From: Candidatus Latescibacterota bacterium
Lineage (GTDB): Bacteria; Latescibacterota; UBA2968; UBA8231
Assembly (NCBI GenBank): GCA_965223905.1
Contig: CBDCXV010000001.1
Coordinates: forward strand, 608,001-672,000
Length of the DNA: 64,000 nucleotides
Direction: 5' to 3'
This document shows positions 1-8,248 of this stretch, in pieces. Within the stretch, counting starts at the first letter, position 1. Each line of letters opens with the position of its first letter. Position numbers and translations under genes: made by a program. The notes beneath the pieces were generated by a model. The model made no database searches and was not told the DNA's origin. It worked only from the letters and a program-made list of their open reading frames with translations.

Positions 1-324
1 ACGGCGGAAGGCAAAGCAGGAAACCCGGTCGCTACCCCAGCGCCGCGCCCATTCGCAGGCGCGCGGGAGGGTTTCGGTCATGTCCTGGTCGATGGACGGG
101 TCGTCCAACCGGCACTTGAACAGGCCCGGGGAGACGCCGGACACCGCGAGGCCGGCATCTTCGAAACAGCGCTGGAAATCCTGAAGTTCGGCATCCCCCA
201 GGCGAGGGAATCGAACGCCATCGATAGCGCGCACCTCGATATGGGAAACGCCCCACGCCGCAGCCAGCTCCACGGCGCGAGCCGAGGAAGGGGAGATCTC
301 GTCGGTGAATACCGATAGTTTCAT
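1..324 (-). CDS. Sugar phosphate isomerase/epimerase (xylose isomerase-like TIM barrel), 5' part; runs off window start
   Basis: Manual translation from ATG 324: MKLSVFTDEISPSSARAVELAAAWGVSHIEVR...GLAVSGVSPGLFKC..., a typical AP_endonuc_2 N-terminus; frame open to base 1; absent from ORF track. Confidence 0.8.
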   Translation of the reverse strand, partial: MKLSVFTDEISPSSARAVELAAAWGVSHIEVRAIDGVRFPRLGDAELQDFQRCFEDAGLAVSGVSPGLFKCRLDDPSIDQDMTETLPRACEWARRWGSDRVSCFAFRR

Positions 325-509
325 AGTTTCAAGGAAGGAAAAGGAGCTTGCCGTCGGAACACGGAGATGACATGCTGAATGAGGCAGGTATTTTTACCAA
401 GTACTTCTACAAGGTACAGAGCCCGTAGCAAAAGTCCATTGATCCGCGGCCTGCTTTCACCACGTTTGATCGCGGAACAGTCCAACTTCCCTCTAACTGA
501 AGAACCCTC

Positions 510-1538
510 ATGACAGAACTGATTTTCGCCGTCGCCGCCGCGGTGCTGATTTCGGCGATGTGCTCCCTGTTCGAGGCCGTGCTCTACTCGGTGCCGGTGG
601 GGCACATCGAATCCCTGGCGAATGCCGATCGCAAGGCCGGGCGCATCCTGCAGCGCCTGCGGGGAAACGTCGACCGTCCGATCGCCGCCATCCTGTCGCT
701 CAACACCATCGCCAACACCGCCGGGGCAGCGGTCGCCGGCGCCGCTGCCGCCAAGGTCTTCGGCGAGGCCTGGGTGGGCTATTTTTCGGGCGCCTTCACC
801 CTGGCCATCCTGATGTTCTCCGAGGTGATTCCCAAGACCGCCGGGGTGGTCTACAGCCGGCCCCTGGCCGCGGTGATCGCGGGTCCCCTGGCCCTTCTGG
901 TTTGGCTCTTCAGTCCCCTGATCTGGCTGTGCGGCATGGCGACCCGCGTGGTGTCGCGGGGCCGCGAGCCGGAGCACGTGTCGGAGGAGGAGATCCTCGG
1001 CCTGGCGCGCATGGGGCAGCAGTCCGGCGCTCTCGAGGCCGACCACGCCGCGGCGATCGCCAACATCCTCACCCTGCAGGACAAGTCGGTGCGCGACATC
1101 ATGACCCCGCGTACCGTGGTCTTCGCCCTGCCTGCCTCCACCACCGTGGAGGAGTTGCGCGCGCGCGGGGGTACTTTCGAGCACAGCCGCATCCCCGTGT
1201 ACGACAAGAACGCCGACGACGTGGTGGGTATCGTGCTGGGGCGGGAGGTGCTCGCTGCAATGGCGGGGGGCTCGGGAAAGGCACGCCTCGAAGAGGTGAT
1301 GCGCCCTGTCGACTTCGTCGCCGAATCGGTAACGCTCGACAGGCTGCTGCGCATTTTCATGGAACGGCGCCAGCACCTGCTGATGGTCCTCGACGAGTTC
1401 GGGGGGCTCGCAGGGGTTGTGACTCTCGAGGACGTGATCGAGGAGATTCTCGGGCAGGAAATCGTCGACGAGTTCGACAAGGTGGCCGACCTGCGCGAGC
1501 TCGCCCGCCGCCGCCGCGAGCGCACCCTCGGCGGCTGA
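510..1538 (+). CDS. CNNM/DUF21 + CBS-pair membrane protein (CorC/HlyC family)
   Basis: SAMCSLFEAVLYS, ILSLNTIANT, FSEVIPKT, VRDIMTPR, HSRIPVY, VLDEFGGLAGVVTLEDVIEEILG. Confidence 0.93.
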   Translation: MTELIFAVAAAVLISAMCSLFEAVLYSVPVGHIESLANADRKAGRILQRLRGNVDRPIAAILSLNTIANTAGAAVAGAAAAKVFGEAWVGYFSGAFTLAILMFSEVIPKTAGVVYSRPLAAVIAGPLALLVWLFSPLIWLCGMATRVVSRGREPEHVSEEEILGLARMGQQSGALEADHAAAIANILTLQDKSVRDIMTPRTVVFALPASTTVEELRARGGTFEHSRIPVYDKNADDVVGIVLGREVLAAMAGGSGKARLEEVMRPVDFVAESVTLDRLLRIFMERRQHLLMVLDEFGGLAGVVTLEDVIEEILGQEIVDEFDKVADLRELARRRRERTLGG

Positions 1539-1547
1539 GGCAAAAAG

Positions 1548-1584
1548 AAAAAGCCCCCGGAGCATCGGTCCGGAGGCTTTTGTT
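1548..1584. terminator. Bidirectional intrinsic terminator between converging CNNM gene and tRNA
   Basis: AAAAAGCCCCCGGA-gcatcgg-TCCGGAGGCTTTTGTT stem with an A-tract on one side and a T-tract on the other. Confidence 0.75.
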
Positions 1585-1585
1585 C

Positions 1586-1660
1586 TGGTGCTCCCACGGA
1601 GAGTCGAACTCCGGTTACAGGGTTGAAAACCCTGGGTCCTGACCGCTAGACGATGGGAGC
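1586..1660 (-). tRNA. tRNA-Glu (anticodon TTC), CCA encoded
   Basis: Reverse complement GCTCCCATCGTCTAGCGGTCAGGACCCAGGGTTTTCAACCCTGTAACCGGAGTTCGACTCTCCGTGGGAGCACCA; anticodon arm CAGGG-TTTTCAA-CCCTG; T-loop GTTCGA. Confidence 0.96.
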
Positions 1661-1694
1661 AATATTCCCGCGTTTTCGATTTTTGCAGCGGCTG

Positions 1695-1723
1695 AATATA
1701 GAGGGCGGACCCCGCAGTGGCAA
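1695..1723 (-). promoter_or_regulatory. Sigma70-type promoter of tRNA-Glu
   Basis: Minus strand TTGCCA-17 nt-TATATT followed by a GC-rich discriminator CAGCCGC, ending 35 nt upstream of the tRNA. Confidence 0.7.
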
Positions 1724-1915
1724 CAGGTAGGAAAAGCGTGTAAGCATGGCCCTGATCTGCAGTTAGCCCGTGCCGTCCCCGGCGGCCGGCGGCCGTCATC
1801 GGAGGCCGGAAGCGGTATTGTCAGGCAGGAGAGCCGGGATAGTCCGGGAGCTCGGTCGGTCCATCGACGCCAGGGCTTCAGGCTTTCCCTCCAGCGCCGA
1901 CTTGTGGCGCCGCCG

Positions 1916-3343
1916 CTAGCCGAACAGCTCGACCTCGGGGTGCTGGAGGTGCCACTCGGTGGCGTCCTCGAAGGCGCGCGCCAGCCTGAGAATCCGGCCC
2001 TCTTCGTACGGCTTGCCGATGAGCTGCAGACCCACAGGCAGTCCGCCGCGGGTCAGCCCGCACGGCAGCGACACCGCGCACAGCCCCAGCTGATTGACCG
2101 GGAGGGTATTGCGCAGGGCCATCAGGTTCATCGGGCCGTAATTCTCGTCGGTGTCGGTCTCTTCGAGGGTGGGCGCGGAAATCGCCGTGGTCGGCGCCAG
2201 CAGGGCGTCGATGCCGTCGAGCCGCCTCAAGGCCGACCGCCGCAGCTCCTCGCGGCGCCGCTGCATGTGAAGGTAGTCGCACGCCGTCATGTCCTTGCCG
2301 GCGAGCATGCGGCCGGCCACGATCGGGTCGAAGGCCCCGGGATCGCCCTCCAGGTAGTCGCGGAGGTTTAGGTAGGTTTCGACCGAGGTCATGCGGCCCG
2401 GCTGCAGCTCGGCCAGCTCGTCGAGCTCTTCGATCGAGATCTCGTCGACGTCGACCCCCTGCTCGGCGAAGACCTGCACGCAGGCGCGGACCGCGGCCTC
2501 TACCTCTGGATCGACCTCTTCCCAGAAGTACTCCCGCGGCAGGCAGACGCGCATTCCTCCCACGTCCCCTTCCAGTTCGTCGAAGACCGCGTCCACCGGT
2601 TGTTCCCAGGTGTCCGGGTCCGCGGGATCCGGCCCGGCCAGGACTCGGTACAGCAGCGCCGCGTCGCGCACGCAGCGGGTCATCGGCCCGACGGAATCGA
2701 GGGCGCTGTCGAGAGGGAGGGTCCCGGCGTTGCTCAGGCGTCCGAAGGTCGGCTTCAGGCCCACGATACCGCAGAAGGAGGCCGGGATGCGCACCGAGCC
2801 CCCGGTATCGCTCCCGATCGCCGCCGGCGCCAGATCGGCGGCCACGGCGACCCCTGAGCCGCTGCTCGAGCCGCCCGGGAGGCGGTGAACTTCGGCGTCC
2901 CACGGATTCCAAGGGGTTCCGTAATGGTGGTTGACCCCGGTGCCGCCGAAGGCGAACTCGACTAGGTGCGTTTTCCCCAGCAGCACCGCCCCGGCCTCCC
3001 ACAGCCTGCGGGCGCAGGTCGAGTCCCGTGCCGCCACCTTGTCGCGGAACAGCAGCGACCCCCCTGTAGTCGGCAGCCCGGAAATATCGATCAGGTCCTT
3101 GATGGCGAGCGGGATGCCGTGGAGGGGTCCGATGTAATGCCCGCCCCGGATCGCCGTCTCCGCGGCGCGCGCCGCGGCCATGGCGCGGTCCGCGGTGACG
3201 CACAGGTAGGCGTTGAGCACCTCGTTGCAGGAGCCGATGCGGTCGAGGTAGTACTCGGCGATCTCGACCGGGGAGAGCTGGCCCTTCTCGACGGCCGGCG
3301 CCAGGCCGGCGATGGTCGGGAACGGTTCGAAGGCCGGGGTCAC
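1916..3343 (-). CDS. Amidase signature family protein (GatA-like)
   Basis: GPLHGIPLAIKD, PGGSSSGS, IGSDTGGSVRIPAS; GTG start overlaps the upstream stop (GTGA 3340-3343). Confidence 0.92.
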   Translation of the reverse strand: MTPAFEPFPTIAGLAPAVEKGQLSPVEIAEYYLDRIGSCNEVLNAYLCVTADRAMAAARAAETAIRGGHYIGPLHGIPLAIKDLIDISGLPTTGGSLLFRDKVAARDSTCARRLWEAGAVLLGKTHLVEFAFGGTGVNHHYGTPWNPWDAEVHRLPGGSSSGSGVAVAADLAPAAIGSDTGGSVRIPASFCGIVGLKPTFGRLSNAGTLPLDSALDSVGPMTRCVRDAALLYRVLAGPDPADPDTWEQPVDAVFDELEGDVGGMRVCLPREYFWEEVDPEVEAAVRACVQVFAEQGVDVDEISIEELDELAELQPGRMTSVETYLNLRDYLEGDPGAFDPIVAGRMLAGKDMTACDYLHMQRRREELRRSALRRLDGIDALLAPTTAISAPTLEETDTDENYGPMNLMALRNTLPVNQLGLCAVSLPCGLTRGGLPVGLQLIGKPYEEGRILRLARAFEDATEWHLQHPEVELFG

Positions 3344-4200
3344 GTGGAAGTCCCGCGGGGAAGGGGGTTCTCGAAAGGCGCCAGCGAACGCAGGTAGGCG
3401 GCGCTGCGCTCCGCCGCTTCCGCGGGGCCGCGCAGCCCGGCGAAGGCCTGGTGGATGGTGACGCAGCCGTCGTAGCCGATCCCCTGCAGGGCGGCGAAAA
3501 TTCCGGGAAAGTCCATGCCCCCCGGCTCCCATACCGGGAGGTGGTCGAAGTGGACGGGGCCGCGGCACCAGGTGTCGAGCACCCCCTCCCCCTGGGGATT
3601 CTCGACGTGGTTCTGCAGGTAGACGTTGAAGATGTGGGGGGCGAACCGCTCTATGGTCTCGCGCCCGTAGTCCTGGCCGCAGGCATCGAGGTTCACCGGC
3701 TCGTAGATGATGCCGAAGTTGGGCTGGCCGACCTGCCGCACCACCTCGAGGGAGCGCTCGACCTCCTCGAACAGGCTGCAGGTGTGGCACTGGTGAACGA
3801 GGCGCATGCCGCGCTCCGCGGCCTCGTCGCAGGCGTTGCGGGCATGCGCGATATCCGCCTCCGTTTTCATGCAGATGCGCAGCAGCTCCGCGCCCAGCCC
3901 CTCGGCGAGGTCGAGGTAGGGGGTGATGTTGCGCAGCGCCTGCGGCCCCTCGGCGTCGCTGTTCTGCGGGATCGGGAAATCCCCGGTGACCATCGACACG
4001 GCGAGACCGTGCCCGTCCAGCATGGCGCGCGCCGCCCGCACCTCTTCGGCCCCGGAGTGGATTCCCAGCTGCGAGGCGCGCATGCAGAGGGCGTGGTAGC
4101 CGTGGGTCAGGGCGAGGTCCGCCAGCCCCTCCAGCGTCATGTCGGCCCTGGTCTTGTCGCCGAAGCTCTCGGCGACGCGCACGGACAGGCTCAGCTTCAC
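3340..4200 (-). CDS. Sugar phosphate isomerase/epimerase, TIM barrel
   Basis: GLAVSMV, NFGIIYEPVNL, GMDFPGIFAALQGIGYDGCVTIH; several metal ligands atypical. Confidence 0.8.
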   Translation of the reverse strand: MKLSLSVRVAESFGDKTRADMTLEGLADLALTHGYHALCMRASQLGIHSGAEEVRAARAMLDGHGLAVSMVTGDFPIPQNSDAEGPQALRNITPYLDLAEGLGAELLRICMKTEADIAHARNACDEAAERGMRLVHQCHTCSLFEEVERSLEVVRQVGQPNFGIIYEPVNLDACGQDYGRETIERFAPHIFNVYLQNHVENPQGEGVLDTWCRGPVHFDHLPVWEPGGMDFPGIFAALQGIGYDGCVTIHQAFAGLRGPAEAAERSAAYLRSLAPFENPLPRGTST

Positions 4201-4224
4201 GTTACAGACTCCCCGGAAAACGGT

Positions 4225-5229
4225 TCACAGCGCACCTTGGTGGCCGTGCAGGATCGCCTCGCACAGGCGCATCGTGTGCACAGCGTCGCCCAGGGTCGAC
4301 CAGGGTTCGGTGCCGGCGAGGATGCAGTCGGCGAAGTGGGTGGTCTCGTTGAATCCGGGGCCTCCCACCGCCTCGAGGTCGAGCTCCCCCATGGGGCCGG
4401 CTCTGCCCTGCCCATTCCCGGAGCCGGCCTCGTAGAGCTCGATGCGGGGACCCCGGGTCATGTCGAGGTAGGCGGAAAAATCCTCGGCGTGGACCTCGGC
4501 GCGCTGAATGCGGAAGCCGACGCCGTAATGGCTCATCATCACCCCGATGGCCCCGGTGTCGAAGTGGACGACGGCGTTGTGGCGGTCGCAGCCGTCGCGG
4601 GGGCCGTGGTTGGTCGAGGCGTGCACCGCGGTCGGAACCGCGGCGCTCTCCGGGGTGGCGCCGGCGAGCCACCGGATCAGGTCGACGTGGTGGATGGCGT
4701 CGCAGACCAGGGCCGGCGGGGTGGTCGCAGCCATGTCGCCGTAGCCGAGTGGGCTCACCGGTTTGTTGTAGGTTCCGGAGCAGTGAACGGCCCCGCCCCG
4801 CTCCTGAACCAGACGGCGCACGGCGAGCACCTCGGGGAAATAGCGGCGGTTGAAGGAGACGATCGCCTTGCCGCTGGAGGCCCGCGCCGCCGCGGCCATG
4901 GCCTCGGTTTCGGCGCTGCTCATGCCCGGGGATTTCTCTACCGAGACATGCAGGCCGCGCTCGAGGCAGTCGCTGACGATCGGCAGCAGGTGGCCCGGCA
5001 TGGTGACCACGTAGACGACGTCGAGGTCGCACTCGTCGAGCATCCGCCGGTGGTCGGAAAAGGCGGCTTCGGGACCGTGCTCTTCGTTGGCCCGGCGCAG
5101 CCGCTCGGGGTCGATCTCGGCGATTGCCTTCAGGTGCAGCCGCGGTTCGCCGGCGATCATGCGGAAGTGACTCTGGGCGTGGCCGCCGCAGCCGATCACC
5201 GCGGCATTCAAAAGAGAGGGGGATGACAT
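4225..5229 (-). CDS. Gfo/Idh/MocA family oxidoreductase
   Basis: AVIGCGGHA Rossmann motif, HVSVEKSP, VSFNRRY, DAIHHVD. Confidence 0.9.
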   Translation of the reverse strand: MSSPSLLNAAVIGCGGHAQSHFRMIAGEPRLHLKAIAEIDPERLRRANEEHGPEAAFSDHRRMLDECDLDVVYVVTMPGHLLPIVSDCLERGLHVSVEKSPGMSSAETEAMAAAARASSGKAIVSFNRRYFPEVLAVRRLVQERGGAVHCSGTYNKPVSPLGYGDMAATTPPALVCDAIHHVDLIRWLAGATPESAAVPTAVHASTNHGPRDGCDRHNAVVHFDTGAIGVMMSHYGVGFRIQRAEVHAEDFSAYLDMTRGPRIELYEAGSGNGQGRAGPMGELDLEAVGGPGFNETTHFADCILAGTEPWSTLGDAVHTMRLCEAILHGHQGAL

Positions 5230-5501
5230 GTTTTTCTTCTCGCTCAAAAGGGTCTTGAAAGGGTCTTGGAAGCCCGCCGTCCCCGGGCGTCCGGCAGGGC
5301 CTGGCTTCGGGGGTCGGCCGCGGCAGGGGGCAATGCCCGGCCAGAAGGCGCGGTTGGTGGTGGTCGATGAATGAACAGCATCTGGCGGCGGCATATCTTA
5401 ACGTATCCGGAAGGCCGGACTCAAGAACGAAGCGGGTGCCCGGAAGGACCGCGATGCGCCCGCGACTGTTTTCAGGCTCTCGGAAGCGGAAAGGAAACAA
5501 A

Positions 5502-6296
5502 GTGCTGAAAGCCGGGATATTTCTCGATATGGACAACCTGAGCCGCTGCGGCGGCTACGCCCTCCAGTTTCGCCAGGTCAGGGCCCTGGTGGAGGGCCAG
5601 GGGACGTTGGTTCTGCGGGCGAACGCCTACATGGCGATCAACAGCGAGCGCGAAAGCGTGGACATGGAGTACCAACAGAAAAGGGAGGAGTACCGCACCC
5701 GGGTGCGGCGGGAAGGGTATCACCTCGTGCTCAAGGAGGTGAAGCAGTACCGCGATCCGGAGGGCCAGGTCATCATCAAGGCCAACGCCGACCTCGAGCT
5801 GGCCATAGACGCCCTGCTGCAGTCGGCCAACCTCGACTACGTGCTGCTGGGCAGCGGCGACGGCGACTTCGTGCGCCTGGTGCGGGCCTTGCAGAACAGG
5901 GGCAAGCGGGTCGATCTGCTGTCGTTCATGAACACCAGCAGGGACCTGCGCCAGGAGGTGGACAACCACTTCTCCGGCTACCTGGTGCCCGGGATCCTTC
6001 CCGACGACCGCGGCCCGGACCGGCGCATCAGGGGGATTCTGCACGCCGTCAACGAGGAGAAGGGATACGGATTCCTGACGGTCCGCACCGGCATGGAGCT
6101 CGACAGCGTGCGCGAGGATATCTTCCTGCACATCTCCGACCTGCAGACGGTGAAGGGCGGCACCGTGACCAACGCCCTGTTCGCCCAGTTCAAGACGCGC
6201 GGCACCATGATCGAGTTCGAGCTGGCGGAAGAGAACGGAAGGGCCAAGGCGGTCAGGGCAGTGGAGTTCCGGCCCGAGCTGTGGGGGAGCAGTTGA
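5502..6296 (+). CDS. NYN (LabA/DUF88) ribonuclease fused to a C-terminal cold-shock (OB) domain
   Basis: IFLDMDN, KANADLELAIDAL, LGSGDGDF...GKRV; C-terminal KGYGFL and DIFLHISDL RNP motifs; GTG start after AAGGA. Confidence 0.88.
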   Translation: MLKAGIFLDMDNLSRCGGYALQFRQVRALVEGQGTLVLRANAYMAINSERESVDMEYQQKREEYRTRVRREGYHLVLKEVKQYRDPEGQVIIKANADLELAIDALLQSANLDYVLLGSGDGDFVRLVRALQNRGKRVDLLSFMNTSRDLRQEVDNHFSGYLVPGILPDDRGPDRRIRGILHAVNEEKGYGFLTVRTGMELDSVREDIFLHISDLQTVKGGTVTNALFAQFKTRGTMIEFELAEENGRAKAVRAVEFRPELWGSS

Positions 6297-6368
6297 GTTA
6301 CAGGCTGAACGGGGTCCCATTTTCAAATAGATGCTGCGTTATGAAGCTGGTGGGGAGAAGTCAGCGCA

Positions 6369-6599
6369 ATGTCTGATTCGCACCCAATCATTAAGAAGTG
6401 CTCGAGAGAAGTGCTCGAGGAGTCAGCCGCTGAATCGGAACTGATGGGGAGCAAGACGAAATTCTGGTATCTACGTCAGGAAGAAGAAGGACTTTGGCTC
6501 TTCAAATACCCCCGACGTAACACAGGGGAACACTGGGCGGAGAAGATAGCCGCCGTAGTGCACTACAAATTTGAACAGTTACAGGAGCTTATTCCATGA
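6369..6599 (+). pseudogene. N-terminal remnant of a HipA-like kinase
   Basis: ELMGSKTKFW...LWLFKYPRRNTGEHWAEKIAA then an abrupt end at 76 aa; catalytic loop missing. Confidence 0.7.
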
Positions 6600-6906
6600 G
6601 TGAGAGGAACCTGCACGAACCAATGAGCAATGCTGATTTCCAGCCTTTGGTTCCCTGATGGGAGCTGCGCGGCTGGTTTGCCCTCGCCGGAAGCAGATGT
6701 TCTCGGGTAGACAGTAGATACAGACCGGTCGTCAGTCCGGGGGACGGGCACTCTCTCCGTGCGATCCGCCGCCTTAGCCTGCTGGTCTCTGTTGCAAAGC
6801 CCTCGAGCATGGCGTCCGGGTCGAGTTGACGGTCCTGTCGTCCATCGCACCTTGCTGATCCCGTTTTTGATCAGTTCCTGCCCCAATCGGCCTCCCCGCA
6901 CCCGGC

Positions 6907-6984
6907 TATTCAACAAATCGGTTGACAACCATTTCGTTGAACCCGATGTTATTCAACAAATCGGTTGACAACTATTCTGTTGAA
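6907..6984. repeat. Two tandem 35-bp imperfect palindromes (period 43), candidate double operator
   Basis: TATTCAACAAATCGGTTGACAACCATTTCGTTGAA (6907-6941) and TATTCAACAAATCGGTTGACAACTATTCTGTTGAA (6950-6984); each has a TTGACA at its centre; ends 13 nt before ATG 6998. Confidence 0.85.
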
Positions 6985-6997
6985 TGGGTGAAAAGCC

Positions 6998-8248
6998 ATG
7001 AGATCATCGACCGGCCGCTGGGTAAGTGGCGGGGATTTTTTCGACCGCGAGTCCGAGTTGCGGGTACTGGAGACGCGGATCCGCGACGGCAACCACGTGC
7101 TGCTGACCGGACAGCGGCGCATGGGCAAGACCAGTATTGCCAGGGAACTGGGGTGCCGGCTCGAGACAGAAGGTTGGGTTTTCCTCTTCGCCGATGTCGA
7201 GGGAGCGACCTGCGCGGAGGACGCGATCGCGGATATCGCACGGGCCGTGCATCCGGTTCGCCCGATCATGTCGCGGGTTGCGCGCGCGGGTACCGCGATG
7301 AAACGTTTGTTCGGCAGTGTCGAGGAAATCGGCGCCCACGAGTTTCGGGTGAAGTTCCGTGCCGATCTGAATGCCGGAAACTGGCGACACCAAGGGGAGC
7401 AATTGCTCCGTGCATGCGCCGGGCAGGACAAGCCGGTGCTCCTCGTCATCGACGAGCTGCCGATATTCCTCAAGCGTGTGCTTCGCGGTGAAGATGGCGT
7501 CCACCGGGTCGACGAGTTCCTGAGCTGGTTGCGCGGTGTTCTTCAGGCTCTCGGAGGCGGCTCCCCGGTCCTCATCGTTTCCGGCAGCATCGGGCTCGCA
7601 CCTCTCGTAAAGCGGCTGGGCATACCCGACCGCATCAATCATCTCGAACCATTCCGTTTGGGGCCGTGGGACCGCGACACCAGTATCGAGTGTTTCCAAC
7701 GTCTTGCGGAGAGCTGCGGACTGCGGGTCGAGGACGGCGTGGCAAACGCGGTGTACGACGCGCTGGGCGTCGGCATTCCCCACCATGTGCAGTCCTTCTT
7801 CGCACGGTTGCGGGACCACGCTACAATGCAGGACCGGGATCAAGTGGTGGTACAAGATGTCGGGGAGGTCTATCGCACGGAGCTTCTCGGCCCTTCGGGC
7901 CAGAATGATCTCGTCCACTACGAGACGCGGCTCAAGGAGGCCCTGGAAGATGAGAGCCACACCATCGCCATGGAGATCCTCGCCGAGGCAGCTACCCGGG
8001 ACGTATTCACATCGAGCGCTCGGCGTAGCCTCGAAAAGCTCTACTCCCCGGTGGTCGACGATGCGCCCGGCCGTATTGCGGACACCCTCGAGATCCTGAT
8101 GCACGACGGCTATCTCGAAGTTGGCGAGGATGGCCATCGCTTTCCGTCGCGCTTGCTCAAGGACTGGTGGTCGGCTCGCTTCCGCGACCACCACAGACCC
8201 CTCGAAGGCCGCCGCACCGGAGGCGAATCGCCGGGAGACATGCAATGA
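6998..8248 (+). CDS. STAND-like/archaeal-type (COG1672-like) P-loop ATPase
   Basis: FFDRESEL, Walker A GQRRMGKTS, Walker B LLVIDE, IVSGS, GIPHHVQ (GxP), wHTH-like C-terminus. Confidence 0.88.
   Translation: MRSSTGRWVSGGDFFDRESELRVLETRIRDGNHVLLTGQRRMGKTSIARELGCRLETEGWVFLFADVEGATCAEDAIADIARAVHPVRPIMSRVARAGTAMKRLFGSVEEIGAHEFRVKFRADLNAGNWRHQGEQLLRACAGQDKPVLLVIDELPIFLKRVLRGEDGVHRVDEFLSWLRGVLQALGGGSPVLIVSGSIGLAPLVKRLGIPDRINHLEPFRLGPWDRDTSIECFQRLAESCGLRVEDGVANAVYDALGVGIPHHVQSFFARLRDHATMQDRDQVVVQDVGEVYRTELLGPSGQNDLVHYETRLKEALEDESHTIAMEILAEAATRDVFTSSARRSLEKLYSPVVDDAPGRIADTLEILMHDGYLEVGEDGHRFPSRLLKDWWSARFRDHHRPLEGRRTGGESPGDMQ

Noticed and set aside
1586-1660. tRNA-Glu as integration site of an island
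   Set aside because: No integrase and no duplicated tRNA 3' end seen; the flanks are ordinary genes.
5247-5268. 11-bp tandem repeat AAAGGGTCTTG x2 as a regulator box
   Set aside because: A single short duplication next to the RBS region with no supporting motif elsewhere.
6907-6984. Mini CRISPR array (35-bp palindromic repeats ending GTTGAA)
   Set aside because: Only two units, an 8-bp spacer and no cas genes; an operator fits better.
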